NCBI GenBank assembly: GCA_017446045.1 | Contig: JAFSRP010000054.1 | Location: 30,852 to 94,851, forward strand | Origin: Lachnospiraceae bacterium | Lineage (GTDB): Bacteria; Bacillota; Clostridia; Lachnospirales; Lachnospiraceae | Length of the DNA stretch: 64,000 nt | Reading direction: 5' to 3' | Part shown: in pieces, positions 56,783 through 64,000 of the stretch | Layout of the letters: every line of letters starts with the position of its first letter | Position numbering within the stretch: the stretch's first letter is position 1 | Made by a program: the position numbers and the translations under genes | The notes under the pieces: model-generated | Told to the model about the DNA's origin: nothing | The model's input: only the letters and a program-made list of their open reading frames with translations | Databases searched by the model: none

Positions 56783-58063
56783 TCAGGAAAGCAGATTCGG
56801 CAGGAACAACGAGATCTGCGGAATGTAGGTCACAAGCAACAGCACGACCAGCAGTGAAAGGATGATCGGAAGGACATCCTTGAACATGTCGCGGATCGTG
56901 ATCTTGGAGATCGAAGCGCCGGTGAAAAGGTTGACGCCGACCGGCGGGGTGATCAGACCAATGGCCAGGTTGACGCACATCACAATACCGAAAGCGGTGA
57001 TGTCATAGCCCATACGCTGCGCGATCGGCCAAAGGATCGGGATCAGGATGTACAGCGCGGAGACTGCATCCATGACCATGCCGGCGATCAGCAGGATGAT
57101 ATTGGTGATCAGCAGGAACAGGTAAACATTTCCGCCGGTGATCGCCATCATGGCATCCGAAGCGCGGACTGCGAGATTATCGACAGTAATGACATAGGCG
57201 AACATGGTCGCTGCGATGATAACGTACATGACGACGCCCGTCTGGCTGCCGGAGTTGACGATCAGCTCCTTCATCTGCTGCAGCTTGATCCTTCTGTAGA
57301 TGAAGACACCTACGAAAAGACCGTAAACGCAGGAGACTGCTGCTGCCTCAGTGGGGGTGAAGATACCGCCGTAGATTCCGCCCAGGATGATGACCGGCAT
57401 CAAAAGGCCCCAGAACGCGTCCTTGAAGGCTCTCCAGCGCTCTGCGCCGCTTGCCTTCGGGGTCGGTTTCAGGTTCGGGTTGTTCCTGGATACGACGATC
57501 GTACAAATGATCAGTGCCGCGCCCATCAGAAGTCCCGGAACAACGCCGGCCATGAACATCTTACCGATGGAAGCGCCGGAAACGCAGCCGTAAACGACAA
57601 AGGTGACAGAGGGCGGGATAATGACGCCGATCGCTCCTGCCGCACTCATCAGGGCAGTCGCGTAAGTGACCGGATAACCTGCCTTGACCATGGCAGGGAT
57701 CAGAATGATTCCCAGTGCCGCAACGGTCGCGGGGCCGGAACCGGAGATCGCCGCAAAGAAGCAGGCAACGACGACGCAGACGATAGCGACACCGTTACGG
57801 GTGTGGCCGACGCATGCCTTCGCGAGCTCGATCAGCTTCTCGGAAATACCCGCTTTCTCCATGATATTGCCGCCCAGGACGAAGAACGGGATCGCCAGCA
57901 GCGAGAACTTGCTGGATGCGGTGAAGGCCATGACCGGGATCTGGCTGAGCTGGATCCCGTCATACAGCATGGCGATGATCGACGAAATACCCAGAGAGAC
58001 CGCGATCGGAACATTAAGGATCAGCAGTACGGCAAAACAAGCAAACAGGATTCCTGATACCAT
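56783..58063 (-). CDS. dctM: TRAP transporter large permease subunit
   Basis: 426 aa with about 12 TM helices. Typical DctM N-terminus (LLILNVPIAVSLG). It follows the small subunit with a 3-nt gap. Confidence 0.88.
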   Translation of the reverse strand: MVSGILFACFAVLLILNVPIAVSLGISSIIAMLYDGIQLSQIPVMAFTASSKFSLLAIPFFVLGGNIMEKAGISEKLIELAKACVGHTRNGVAIVCVVVACFFAAISGSGPATVAALGIILIPAMVKAGYPVTYATALMSAAGAIGVIIPPSVTFVVYGCVSGASIGKMFMAGVVPGLLMGAALIICTIVVSRNNPNLKPTPKASGAERWRAFKDAFWGLLMPVIILGGIYGGIFTPTEAAAVSCVYGLFVGVFIYRRIKLQQMKELIVNSGSQTGVVMYVIIAATMFAYVITVDNLAVRASDAMMAITGGNVYLFLLITNIILLIAGMVMDAVSALYILIPILWPIAQRMGYDITAFGIVMCVNLAIGLITPPVGVNLFTGASISKITIRDMFKDVLPIILSLLVVLLLVTYIPQISLFLPNLLS

Positions 58064-58066
58064 AAC

Positions 58067-58561
58067 TTACTTTTCCTCCTTTCCGACTGCAAGAAACTCA
58101 TGCCACTTCAGAACAGAATCGATCGCGTAGCGAACGATCATGATCGCGGATCCGACCGGAATGGTCAGACCGTAGATCCACTGCGGATACTGCATGGTCG
58201 TGGAGACCTGCTTCAATACATACTCGGACTTCACCATGCCACAGCCGTGCCAGAACAGGATCGCCAGGAAGATCAGCGCGAGGATATTCGCGACAAAGCT
58301 CAGGAACCTCTGTCCTTTCTCGGGCAGGAAACTTGTGAAGAAGTCAAGTCCGAGATGATTGCGGTTTCTTTGGCCTACCGAAGAGCCGGCCAGCGAGCAG
58401 AGCACGAACAGGACGGTAACAAACTCATCAGTAAATGCCAGTGAAGCATGGAGAACGAAACGAGAGAAAACATTGGCGAAAGTGAGGGTCAGCATAATGA
58501 CGAAGGTCACGACGTTGATCCAGTCCTCAATTCCGCGTAAAGCCTTATCGACTGAATTCAT
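58067..58561 (-). CDS. dctQ: TRAP transporter small permease subunit
   Basis: 164 aa with 4 TM helices, positioned between the DctP and DctM genes. Confidence 0.8.
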   Translation of the reverse strand: MNSVDKALRGIEDWINVVTFVIMLTLTFANVFSRFVLHASLAFTDEFVTVLFVLCSLAGSSVGQRNRNHLGLDFFTSFLPEKGQRFLSFVANILALIFLAILFWHGCGMVKSEYVLKQVSTTMQYPQWIYGLTIPVGSAIMIVRYAIDSVLKWHEFLAVGKEEK

Positions 58562-58628
58562 CAGGTACCTACCTCTCTTGTTTCTTGGTGGTGATTTGCA
58601 AAATAAAAGGAATAATTGAGAAGAAAAG

Positions 58629-58661
58629 TGCGGCCCGTCCCCGGAAGGGGTCCGGGCCGCA
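58629..58661 (-). terminator. strong intercistronic hairpin between dctP and dctQ (partial terminator or mRNA stabiliser)
   Basis: On the minus strand: UGCGGCCCGGACCCC-UUCC-GGGGACGGGCCGCA (14-15 bp, GC-rich) followed by CUUUUCUUCUC. Confidence 0.65.
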
Positions 58662-58692
58662 TCGTCTGAAATCTCAGATCAATAACCGGTGA

Positions 58693-59763
58693 TTATTCGA
58701 TACCGAACGCTGCGCAGGCTTCTGCACCGTACTGTGCCTTCATCTCTGCGTAGTAGTCCTGTACGGACGGAAGATCCTTGAATGCCTGGATCTGCTCGTC
58801 GGTCAGTGTGGTGACTTCACAGCCGGCATCGATACACTGCTGCTTCTTAGCTGCTTCGCTCTCGACCACGTTCTTGTTGCCAAGGGCACATGCAGTCTCA
58901 GCACACTCAAGCAGGATCTCCTGCAGCTCGGGCTCGAAGCCGTCCCAGGTAGCCTTGTTGAAAACAAGTGCGAATGCGCCGTAGCTGTAGTTCCACTCAG
59001 TGATGTACTTCTGTACCTCATAGAACTTGTTGGTGGTGATCAGGTCGAAACCGTTCTCCTGGCCATCAACAGTGCCCTGCTGCAGTGCGGTGAACAGCTC
59101 GGAGAATGCCATTGCGACCGGGTCAGCGCCGACTGCCTTCCAGAACTTCATGAACACATCGCCGCCGGGAACACGAAGCTTCATAGCCTTGATGTCATCC
59201 GGAGTGGTGACCTGTCTCTTGTTGTTGGTCAGCTGACGGAAACCGTTGTGGATGAAGCCGAGGGTATGGATGCCCTTTGCATCAAGAGCCTTGGTGATAT
59301 ATGCGCCGCCTTCGCCCTTCAGAGCGTCTTCAGCTTCCTGATAGGAAGTGTAGACCCACGGAATGGAAAGGGTCAGAAGGGTCTGGTCCATGTTAGCCAT
59401 AACGTCGACCGGCTCGAATGCGCAGTCAATGGAACCGCCCTGGATGTTCTCAACGCCCTTTGCCATGTCGCCGCCGGACAGCTGGTCGGAAGCGTAAACA
59501 CTGATCTCAACCGCGCCGCCGGTCTTTGCCTTAACGTCTTCCGCGAAGGACTTCGCAACGACGACTGCGTTGGACTGCTCGCCAACGGTGGAGGACATCT
59601 TCAGCTTGTAGCTCTTGCCGCTGTAGCTGGATGCTTCGCCGGAAGCAGCTGCCTGAGTCTCAGCCGGAGCTGCGGTGGTAGCCGTGGTGGAGCTTCCGAG
59701 ACAGCCGGTAAGAGATGCCGCTGCCAGAGCTGCTGCCATAACAACACTAACAATTTTCTTCAT
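58693..59763 (-). CDS. dctP: TRAP transporter substrate-binding protein (DctP family), lipoprotein
   Basis: Lipobox LTGC after a signal peptide. About 356 aa with DctP-like sequence (RVPGGDVFMKFW..., DGQENG). Confidence 0.85.
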   Translation of the reverse strand: MKKIVSVVMAAALAAASLTGCLGSSTTATTAAPAETQAAASGEASSYSGKSYKLKMSSTVGEQSNAVVVAKSFAEDVKAKTGGAVEISVYASDQLSGGDMAKGVENIQGGSIDCAFEPVDVMANMDQTLLTLSIPWVYTSYQEAEDALKGEGGAYITKALDAKGIHTLGFIHNGFRQLTNNKRQVTTPDDIKAMKLRVPGGDVFMKFWKAVGADPVAMAFSELFTALQQGTVDGQENGFDLITTNKFYEVQKYITEWNYSYGAFALVFNKATWDGFEPELQEILLECAETACALGNKNVVESEAAKKQQCIDAGCEVTTLTDEQIQAFKDLPSVQDYYAEMKAQYGAEACAAFGIE

Positions 59764-59830
59764 GTTGACTCCCCTTTCATGGAATATGAATTAAAAAGAT
59801 TACTTTTAATTGCCTGTGCAACTGTAAATT

Positions 59831-59859
59831 ATATTATCAGCTAGTCCTTGCCTTTTCAA
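59831..59859 (-). promoter_or_regulatory. candidate promoter of the TRAP operon
   Basis: On the minus strand: TTGAAA, a 17-nt spacer, then TAATAT. A TATAAT also overlaps 3 nt further on. Confidence 0.4.
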
Positions 59860-59868
59860 CTTTTATGG

Positions 59869-59885
59869 TGTAAATATTTTTTACA
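59869..59885. promoter_or_regulatory. 17-bp palindromic operator candidate TGTAAA-N5-TTTACA (site 2)
   Basis: TGTAAATATTTTTTACA lies 10 bp upstream of the candidate TRAP -35 box. A degenerate third copy, TGTAAATTATATTATCA (59823-59839), overlaps the -10. Confidence 0.5.
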
Positions 59886-60052
59886 TTTCCGTCCTGAAAA
59901 GCGCATTTATCCCCGCTATTCAGACATTTTTTGCCTCAATGTTCTATTATTTGTGCAAAACCACCAGTTTCCATGAAAGAATTTCGTAAGATTTGCCTTG
60001 TTAATTTTATGACAAATGTCCCATTTTACGTGTTTATTTTCGGTATTTTTTA

Positions 60053-60081
60053 TTGAAAACAGAATTCTTCTGTGTTAGTAT
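60053..60081 (+). promoter_or_regulatory. candidate promoter of the PrpR-like regulator gene
   Basis: TTGAAA, a 17-nt spacer, then TAGTAT. Confidence 0.5.
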
Positions 60082-60097
60082 GTAAAATATATTTACA
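60081..60097. promoter_or_regulatory. 17-bp palindromic operator candidate TGTAAA-N5-TTTACA (site 3)
   Basis: TGTAAAATATATTTACA starts at the last base of the candidate -10 and covers the expected transcription start of the regulator gene. Confidence 0.5.
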
Positions 60098-60155
60098 TTT
60101 TCTTCCGCCGTTCTCATTTTTGTCATTCTTTTAACAATTGATAAGGGGAATCGTT

Positions 60156-61964
60156 ATGCCAAAAGACCCATACCGCATCCTTGTTATCGCGCCTTATGAA
60201 GGTTTTGCCCACATATTCAGCCGTACGGTCCAAAACCGTCCGGATATACGGGCAGATATCTATTCCGCGCCTCTGAATGAGATCGAAAACGTGCTGAAAT
60301 CCATTGACACTGACCAGTACGAAGTCGTCATCTGCCGCGGACAGTCCGCCAAAGAAGCTGCCCGTCATGTCCGTCGGCCTGTCGTCACGGTGGAGTTCTC
60401 CCCGATCGACATCCTGCGAGGTCTTGAGCTGGCTTCCCTGAACCGTGAAAAGAAAATGGCGTTCGTCAGTTTCTTTGAGATGGAACATATCATCCGTCTG
60501 ATCGCTGAATTCATGAATTTCAGTGAGGCGAATTTTATAATCCCGCCCGCGCCCGCGACCAGCACGGAAATGGAAGAGATCATACTGCGGCTGCATGACA
60601 TCGAAGGTGTCGAACTCTTTATCGGCGACGGTGCCTGTACCCGCTGTGCGGCCCAGTACGGGTTTGAACACCTGCTCATCACTTCCGGTCCGGAGTGCCT
60701 GGAGAGCGCCATATCACAGGCTGTCGAGATCTGTGAGATGAGCCGGGCTCTGGTGGAACGCAACGATTTTTTCCGCACCATGCTCTCCGAAACCGATGCC
60801 CGGCTCGCCATCGTTTCCGATCAGGGCGAAAGCAGCTATACCAACATGCCCAACACACAGGTCACTGCGGACATCATCCGTTCCATTGAAAAGCACCTTC
60901 CGCCCATCATGCACCACGGCAGGATGCGCTGGGTCTACCGCTCCGATACCTCCGCATATAAGATCCAGGCCAAATCCATTGCCTGCGGTGATCAGCACTA
61001 TGCGCTGTGTGTAATAGAAGACGCTTTCGATATCATCGATCAGAAGAATTCTTCTCTGAAATACCGGGAAGCCGCAGACGTGCAGAAGGATCTGCAGCTG
61101 GTGCTCGCCACGCCGTCTCTGAGCCGCCTGCTGCCGGATATCGGCGAGAAAGCACCGGGAACGACGCCGCTGATCATTACCGGCTCTCCCGGAACAGGTA
61201 AGATCTCTTTTGCCCGGGCTGCATATGCATACAGCCCCCTGCGCAGCGGGCCTCTCCTGGAAATCGATTGCCAGGGGCTGGATAAGCGCAGTTTTCAAAA
61301 GCTGCTGAACGAAGATAATTCGCCTCTATTTGACCAGGGCTTCGTGATCATCTTCAAAAACCTGGATTCACTTCCGATCAGTTTTCAGCTGCAGCTGGCA
61401 GAAGTGATCCAAAGCATGGAACTGACGCGCAGAAACAAGATCATCTCCACTGTCAACGGGCCTTTGAATTCACTGGTGCCGGCAAACCTGCTGTCTTCGG
61501 ACCTCGCCTATGAACTGAACGGATACAGCGTCCACATCCCCGAGCTGCACGAATCTCCGGAGCTCGCCCTTTCTGTCGCGCGCCAGTATCTGAACAAACT
61601 CAACCAGGAGCTTCCCAAACAACTTGCAGGTTTTGAGCCGGACGCGCTCGATCATCTCGTCCACTTTCACTGGGATTTTGGCATACCCCAATATAAACTG
61701 GCGATCAAACAGCTTGCCCTGTCTGCTGCCGGCCAATTTATTACGGCAGAGGAAGTAAGATCCGTACTTTCAGAAATGAAGGAATCCAGGCCTGCTGCCG
61801 GCAGCATTGGCAGCAGCATCGACCTCAGCGGTGATCTCGAATCGATCACGCACCGGATCGTCATGAGAGTCCTGGAGGAAGAAGGTATGAACCAGAGCCA
61901 GGCAGCAAGACGGCTCAATGTCAGCCGAATGACCATCTGGAAACATCTGAACAGGTCAGAGTAG
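60156..61964 (+). CDS. PrpR-N-domain transcriptional regulator with a degenerate AAA+ (sigma-54-activator-like) core and a C-terminal Fis-type HTH
   Basis: N-terminal PrpR_N-like pattern (ILVIAPYEGF...VVICRGQSA). The P-loop remnant is GSPGTGKISFA. No GAFTGA is present, and the Walker B position reads VIIFKNLD. The C-terminal HTH is NQSQAARRLNVSRMTIWKHL. I chose the ATG at 60156, with AAGGGGA 6 nt upstream. Confidence 0.75.
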   Translation: MPKDPYRILVIAPYEGFAHIFSRTVQNRPDIRADIYSAPLNEIENVLKSIDTDQYEVVICRGQSAKEAARHVRRPVVTVEFSPIDILRGLELASLNREKKMAFVSFFEMEHIIRLIAEFMNFSEANFIIPPAPATSTEMEEIILRLHDIEGVELFIGDGACTRCAAQYGFEHLLITSGPECLESAISQAVEICEMSRALVERNDFFRTMLSETDARLAIVSDQGESSYTNMPNTQVTADIIRSIEKHLPPIMHHGRMRWVYRSDTSAYKIQAKSIACGDQHYALCVIEDAFDIIDQKNSSLKYREAADVQKDLQLVLATPSLSRLLPDIGEKAPGTTPLIITGSPGTGKISFARAAYAYSPLRSGPLLEIDCQGLDKRSFQKLLNEDNSPLFDQGFVIIFKNLDSLPISFQLQLAEVIQSMELTRRNKIISTVNGPLNSLVPANLLSSDLAYELNGYSVHIPELHESPELALSVARQYLNKLNQELPKQLAGFEPDALDHLVHFHWDFGIPQYKLAIKQLALSAAGQFITAEEVRSVLSEMKESRPAAGSIGSSIDLSGDLESITHRIVMRVLEEEGMNQSQAARRLNVSRMTIWKHLNRSE

Positions 61965-62100
61965 ATTGCTCTCGAAAAAGGGACCCGCCTGTTTTATAAT
62001 GTATCTTTTGTGGTTTTGATAGTAATCCACATCTGTACAGTTTATAATAAGTCTGAACCCTATGATCAAATGTACTGCAGGCAGAAAGAAGGTACTGAAT

Positions 62101-62604
62101 ATGAGTGCAGACTATAATAAGATCATGTCCGTGATCGATCAGCAGGAAAAGCTGCTTCGCATCGATCATTTCTCCAGTGAATTCGCGTTTGAACTTGGAA
62201 GTCTGATGGCAGGCCTTGCTAAAGAACGCGGGATCGCAATGGGCATCTCGATCCGCAAGATCGACGGCGCCATCCTCTTCCAGCATATGATGGATGGGGC
62301 CAATACTGTTAATACCCAGAACTGGCTTCGCCGCAAGGCCGGAATGGTTATTGCCTGGGAACACAGTTCCCTTTATATGTGGGCGCGGGAGCAGGCGACC
62401 GGACAGACCGTACAATATAACGGCCTTGATCCCAATGAGTGTGTGCAGCGCGGCGGCGGTTTCCCACTGTTTTTAAAGACCGGTGAGTTCATCGGTGTCG
62501 TCTCCGCTTCCGGACTCGCGCACAATGATGACCACCAGTTCATCGTGGATGCACTGGCAGCTTATCTGGGTCTGAAAGATATCCCTGAAGCGGTGATCGA
62601 CTGA
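62101..62604 (+). CDS. UPF0303 / GlcG-HbpS-like ('heme-degrading domain') protein
   Basis: About 167 aa from the ATG at 62101. The pattern GGGFPL...GVVSASGL is typical of the DUF336/UPF0303 family. Confidence 0.65.
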   Translation: MSADYNKIMSVIDQQEKLLRIDHFSSEFAFELGSLMAGLAKERGIAMGISIRKIDGAILFQHMMDGANTVNTQNWLRRKAGMVIAWEHSSLYMWAREQATGQTVQYNGLDPNECVQRGGGFPLFLKTGEFIGVVSASGLAHNDDHQFIVDALAAYLGLKDIPEAVID

Positions 62605-62615
62605 CCGTATACAAG

Positions 62616-62677
62616 ACAGCAGCCTGTCTCCCCGGATCTGATGATCCTGCTGGAAACAGACTGCTGTTTAATTTTTT
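62616..62677 (+). terminator. terminator after the UPF0303 gene
   Basis: Stem ACAGCAGCCTGT / ACAGACTGCTGT (one mismatch) with a long loop, followed by TTAATTTTTT. Confidence 0.55.
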
Positions 62678-62712
62678 GCGTATTTCTATCCTGTTCAATC
62701 AGTCCTGCCGGC

Positions 62713-63915
62713 TTACTTTTCGGCAGCTTTATTCTTCTTCCGGAGTTCGATCGCCGCAAGCTCACGTTCACGGCTCAGCTGTGCCCAGGTCGGGCGGGAA
62801 GCCAGTCCCTCGGAAAATGCGCGGAACGCACCCGGTATATCTATGTTCTGCGGACATACCCTGACACATTTTCCACATGCGATACAAACAGAGGGCTGTT
62901 TATCCTCCGGGAGCTGTTCGATAAACATCGATACATTAAAGGTAGGATACAGACGGTAATCGTTATATTTTGCGATCAGGACCGGGATGTCGAGCTGCAT
63001 CGGGCATCCGTCACAGCAGTAACGGCAGGCTGTGCATGGGATCGAATCTTTCATGGATTCTGCAATATCTGCAAGGAGGGCATTCTCTTCGTCGGTCAGC
63101 GGCTCGCCCTCTGAAAACGTCCGGACATTGTCCATCGTCTGTTCCAGGCTGGACCAGCCGCTCAGGACTACCCTGACCTGCGGATACTGCTGCAGCCATC
63201 GATATCCCCATGAGGCATCGCTTGTGCCGGGACGGAGTGCCTGCAGTTTCTCATGTGCCTCCGCGGGAAGATCTGCCAGCTTGCCGCCGCGCACAGGCTC
63301 CATCGCAATGATCGGAATATTTCTTTCTTCCAGCAGTTCATACTTTGCCTTTGCATCCTGCAGCGTCCAGTCCAGATAGTTGATCTGGATCTGGCAGAAT
63401 TCCATATCACCGCCGGTAAAATCAAGAAAATCTCTGATCATCTCTGTGGAACCATGCGTAGAAAATCCGAGATGCCGGATCCTGCCGAGACGTTTCTGCT
63501 CCCGAAAATAATCAATAATGCCCCAGCGGGGATCCTCATAGGTGACTACAGAACCTTCATTGACATTGTGAAGCAGATAAAAATCGAAATAATCCACGCC
63601 GCACTTCTTCAGCTGCTCCTCAAACACCTCTGCCGGATCGTAGGAACTCGCGATCTGATGCCCGGGATACTTGTCTGCCAGAAAATAGCTTTCGCGCGGA
63701 TATTTTTTCAGCGCTCTGCCTGTCACCAGCTCTGAATTGCCCCCATGATAAGGAAATGCCGTATCGAAATAATTGACGCCGCTCGCGATGGCGTGATCCA
63801 CCATCTTCTGTACCTGTACCTCGTCAATGGTCTTGCCGTCATCGAGAAGCGGAAGACGCATGGCGCCGAAACCGAGACGTGAGACCCGCTCTCCTGCCAT
63901 AGTCGTATAAAGCAT
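62713..63915 (-). CDS. aldo/keto reductase with a C-terminal 4Fe-4S domain (third paralogue in the window)
   Basis: AKR pattern LGFGAMRLP and YFDTAFPY. The C-terminal Cys motifs are CTACRYCCDGCP and CIACGKCVRVCP. Confidence 0.8.
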   Translation of the reverse strand: MLYTTMAGERVSRLGFGAMRLPLLDDGKTIDEVQVQKMVDHAIASGVNYFDTAFPYHGGNSELVTGRALKKYPRESYFLADKYPGHQIASSYDPAEVFEEQLKKCGVDYFDFYLLHNVNEGSVVTYEDPRWGIIDYFREQKRLGRIRHLGFSTHGSTEMIRDFLDFTGGDMEFCQIQINYLDWTLQDAKAKYELLEERNIPIIAMEPVRGGKLADLPAEAHEKLQALRPGTSDASWGYRWLQQYPQVRVVLSGWSSLEQTMDNVRTFSEGEPLTDEENALLADIAESMKDSIPCTACRYCCDGCPMQLDIPVLIAKYNDYRLYPTFNVSMFIEQLPEDKQPSVCIACGKCVRVCPQNIDIPGAFRAFSEGLASRPTWAQLSRERELAAIELRKKNKAAEK

Positions 63916-64000
63916 GGTATTCTCCTTCTTAAATATATCGATCCAATCCTGCCTCTTTTATGCAGAACTGATCAGTGGTACTGTCCTAACTCATTATAAA

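Noticed and set aside
59764-60155. Sigma-54 (-24/-12, TGGCAC-N5-TTGCW) promoter expected upstream of the TRAP operon because of the bEBP-like regulator.
   Set aside because: No GG-N10-GC element with the conserved context was found on either strand. Sigma-A-like hexamers are present instead.

Overview
64-kb chromosomal segment from a high-GC member of the Firmicutes/Clostridia; the synteny looks like a gut anaerobe of the Lachnospiraceae/Oscillospiraceae type, but this was judged by eye with no database search. The window is densely coding and mostly on the minus strand. I found no transposase, integrase, phage gene, CRISPR array or recognisable defence gene.

Gene content, left to right:
- Translation and replication block: stp (partial), rlmN, rsmB, yugP-like Zn-peptidase, fmt, def, priA.
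- Cell-envelope block: murF, murE, ftsK, SH3/NlpC-P60 hydrolase, PBP1A.
- ABC-F ATPase, hflX, a thioesterase, an aldo/keto reductase with Fe-S domain (AKR-FeS), and a polysaccharide deacetylase.
- A LarA-family 2-hydroxyacid racemase homologue next to a MOFRL glycerate kinase.
- A solitary tRNA-Thr(GGU) with its own promoter and terminator.
- Aminopeptidase P, a HAD hydrolase, the UPF0210/ACT pair and an acyltransferase-3.
- nifJ (PFOR) and ilvE.
- An unusual two-gene operon: a degenerate LeuA-like protein plus a TIM-barrel::acyl-CoA-ligase fusion, behind a roughly 330-nt leader.
- Miscellaneous hydrolases and transporters, then groES-groEL with a CIRCE operator.
- A TRAP-transporter locus with a SAF-domain oxidoreductase and a divergent PrpR-like regulator that has lost its sigma-54/ATPase motifs.

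Most interesting observations:
1. The pseudo-IPMS plus fusion-enzyme operon and its structured, repeat-bearing leader.
2. The TRAP locus with paired TGTAAA-N5-TTTACA palindromes positioned on both divergent promoters.
3. A 260-bp imperfect palindrome in the AT-rich gap next to groEL.
4. An orphan LarA homologue.
5. A tRNA-Thr with a non-canonical T-loop.

All functional calls rest on motif recognition from memory. None were verified by search.
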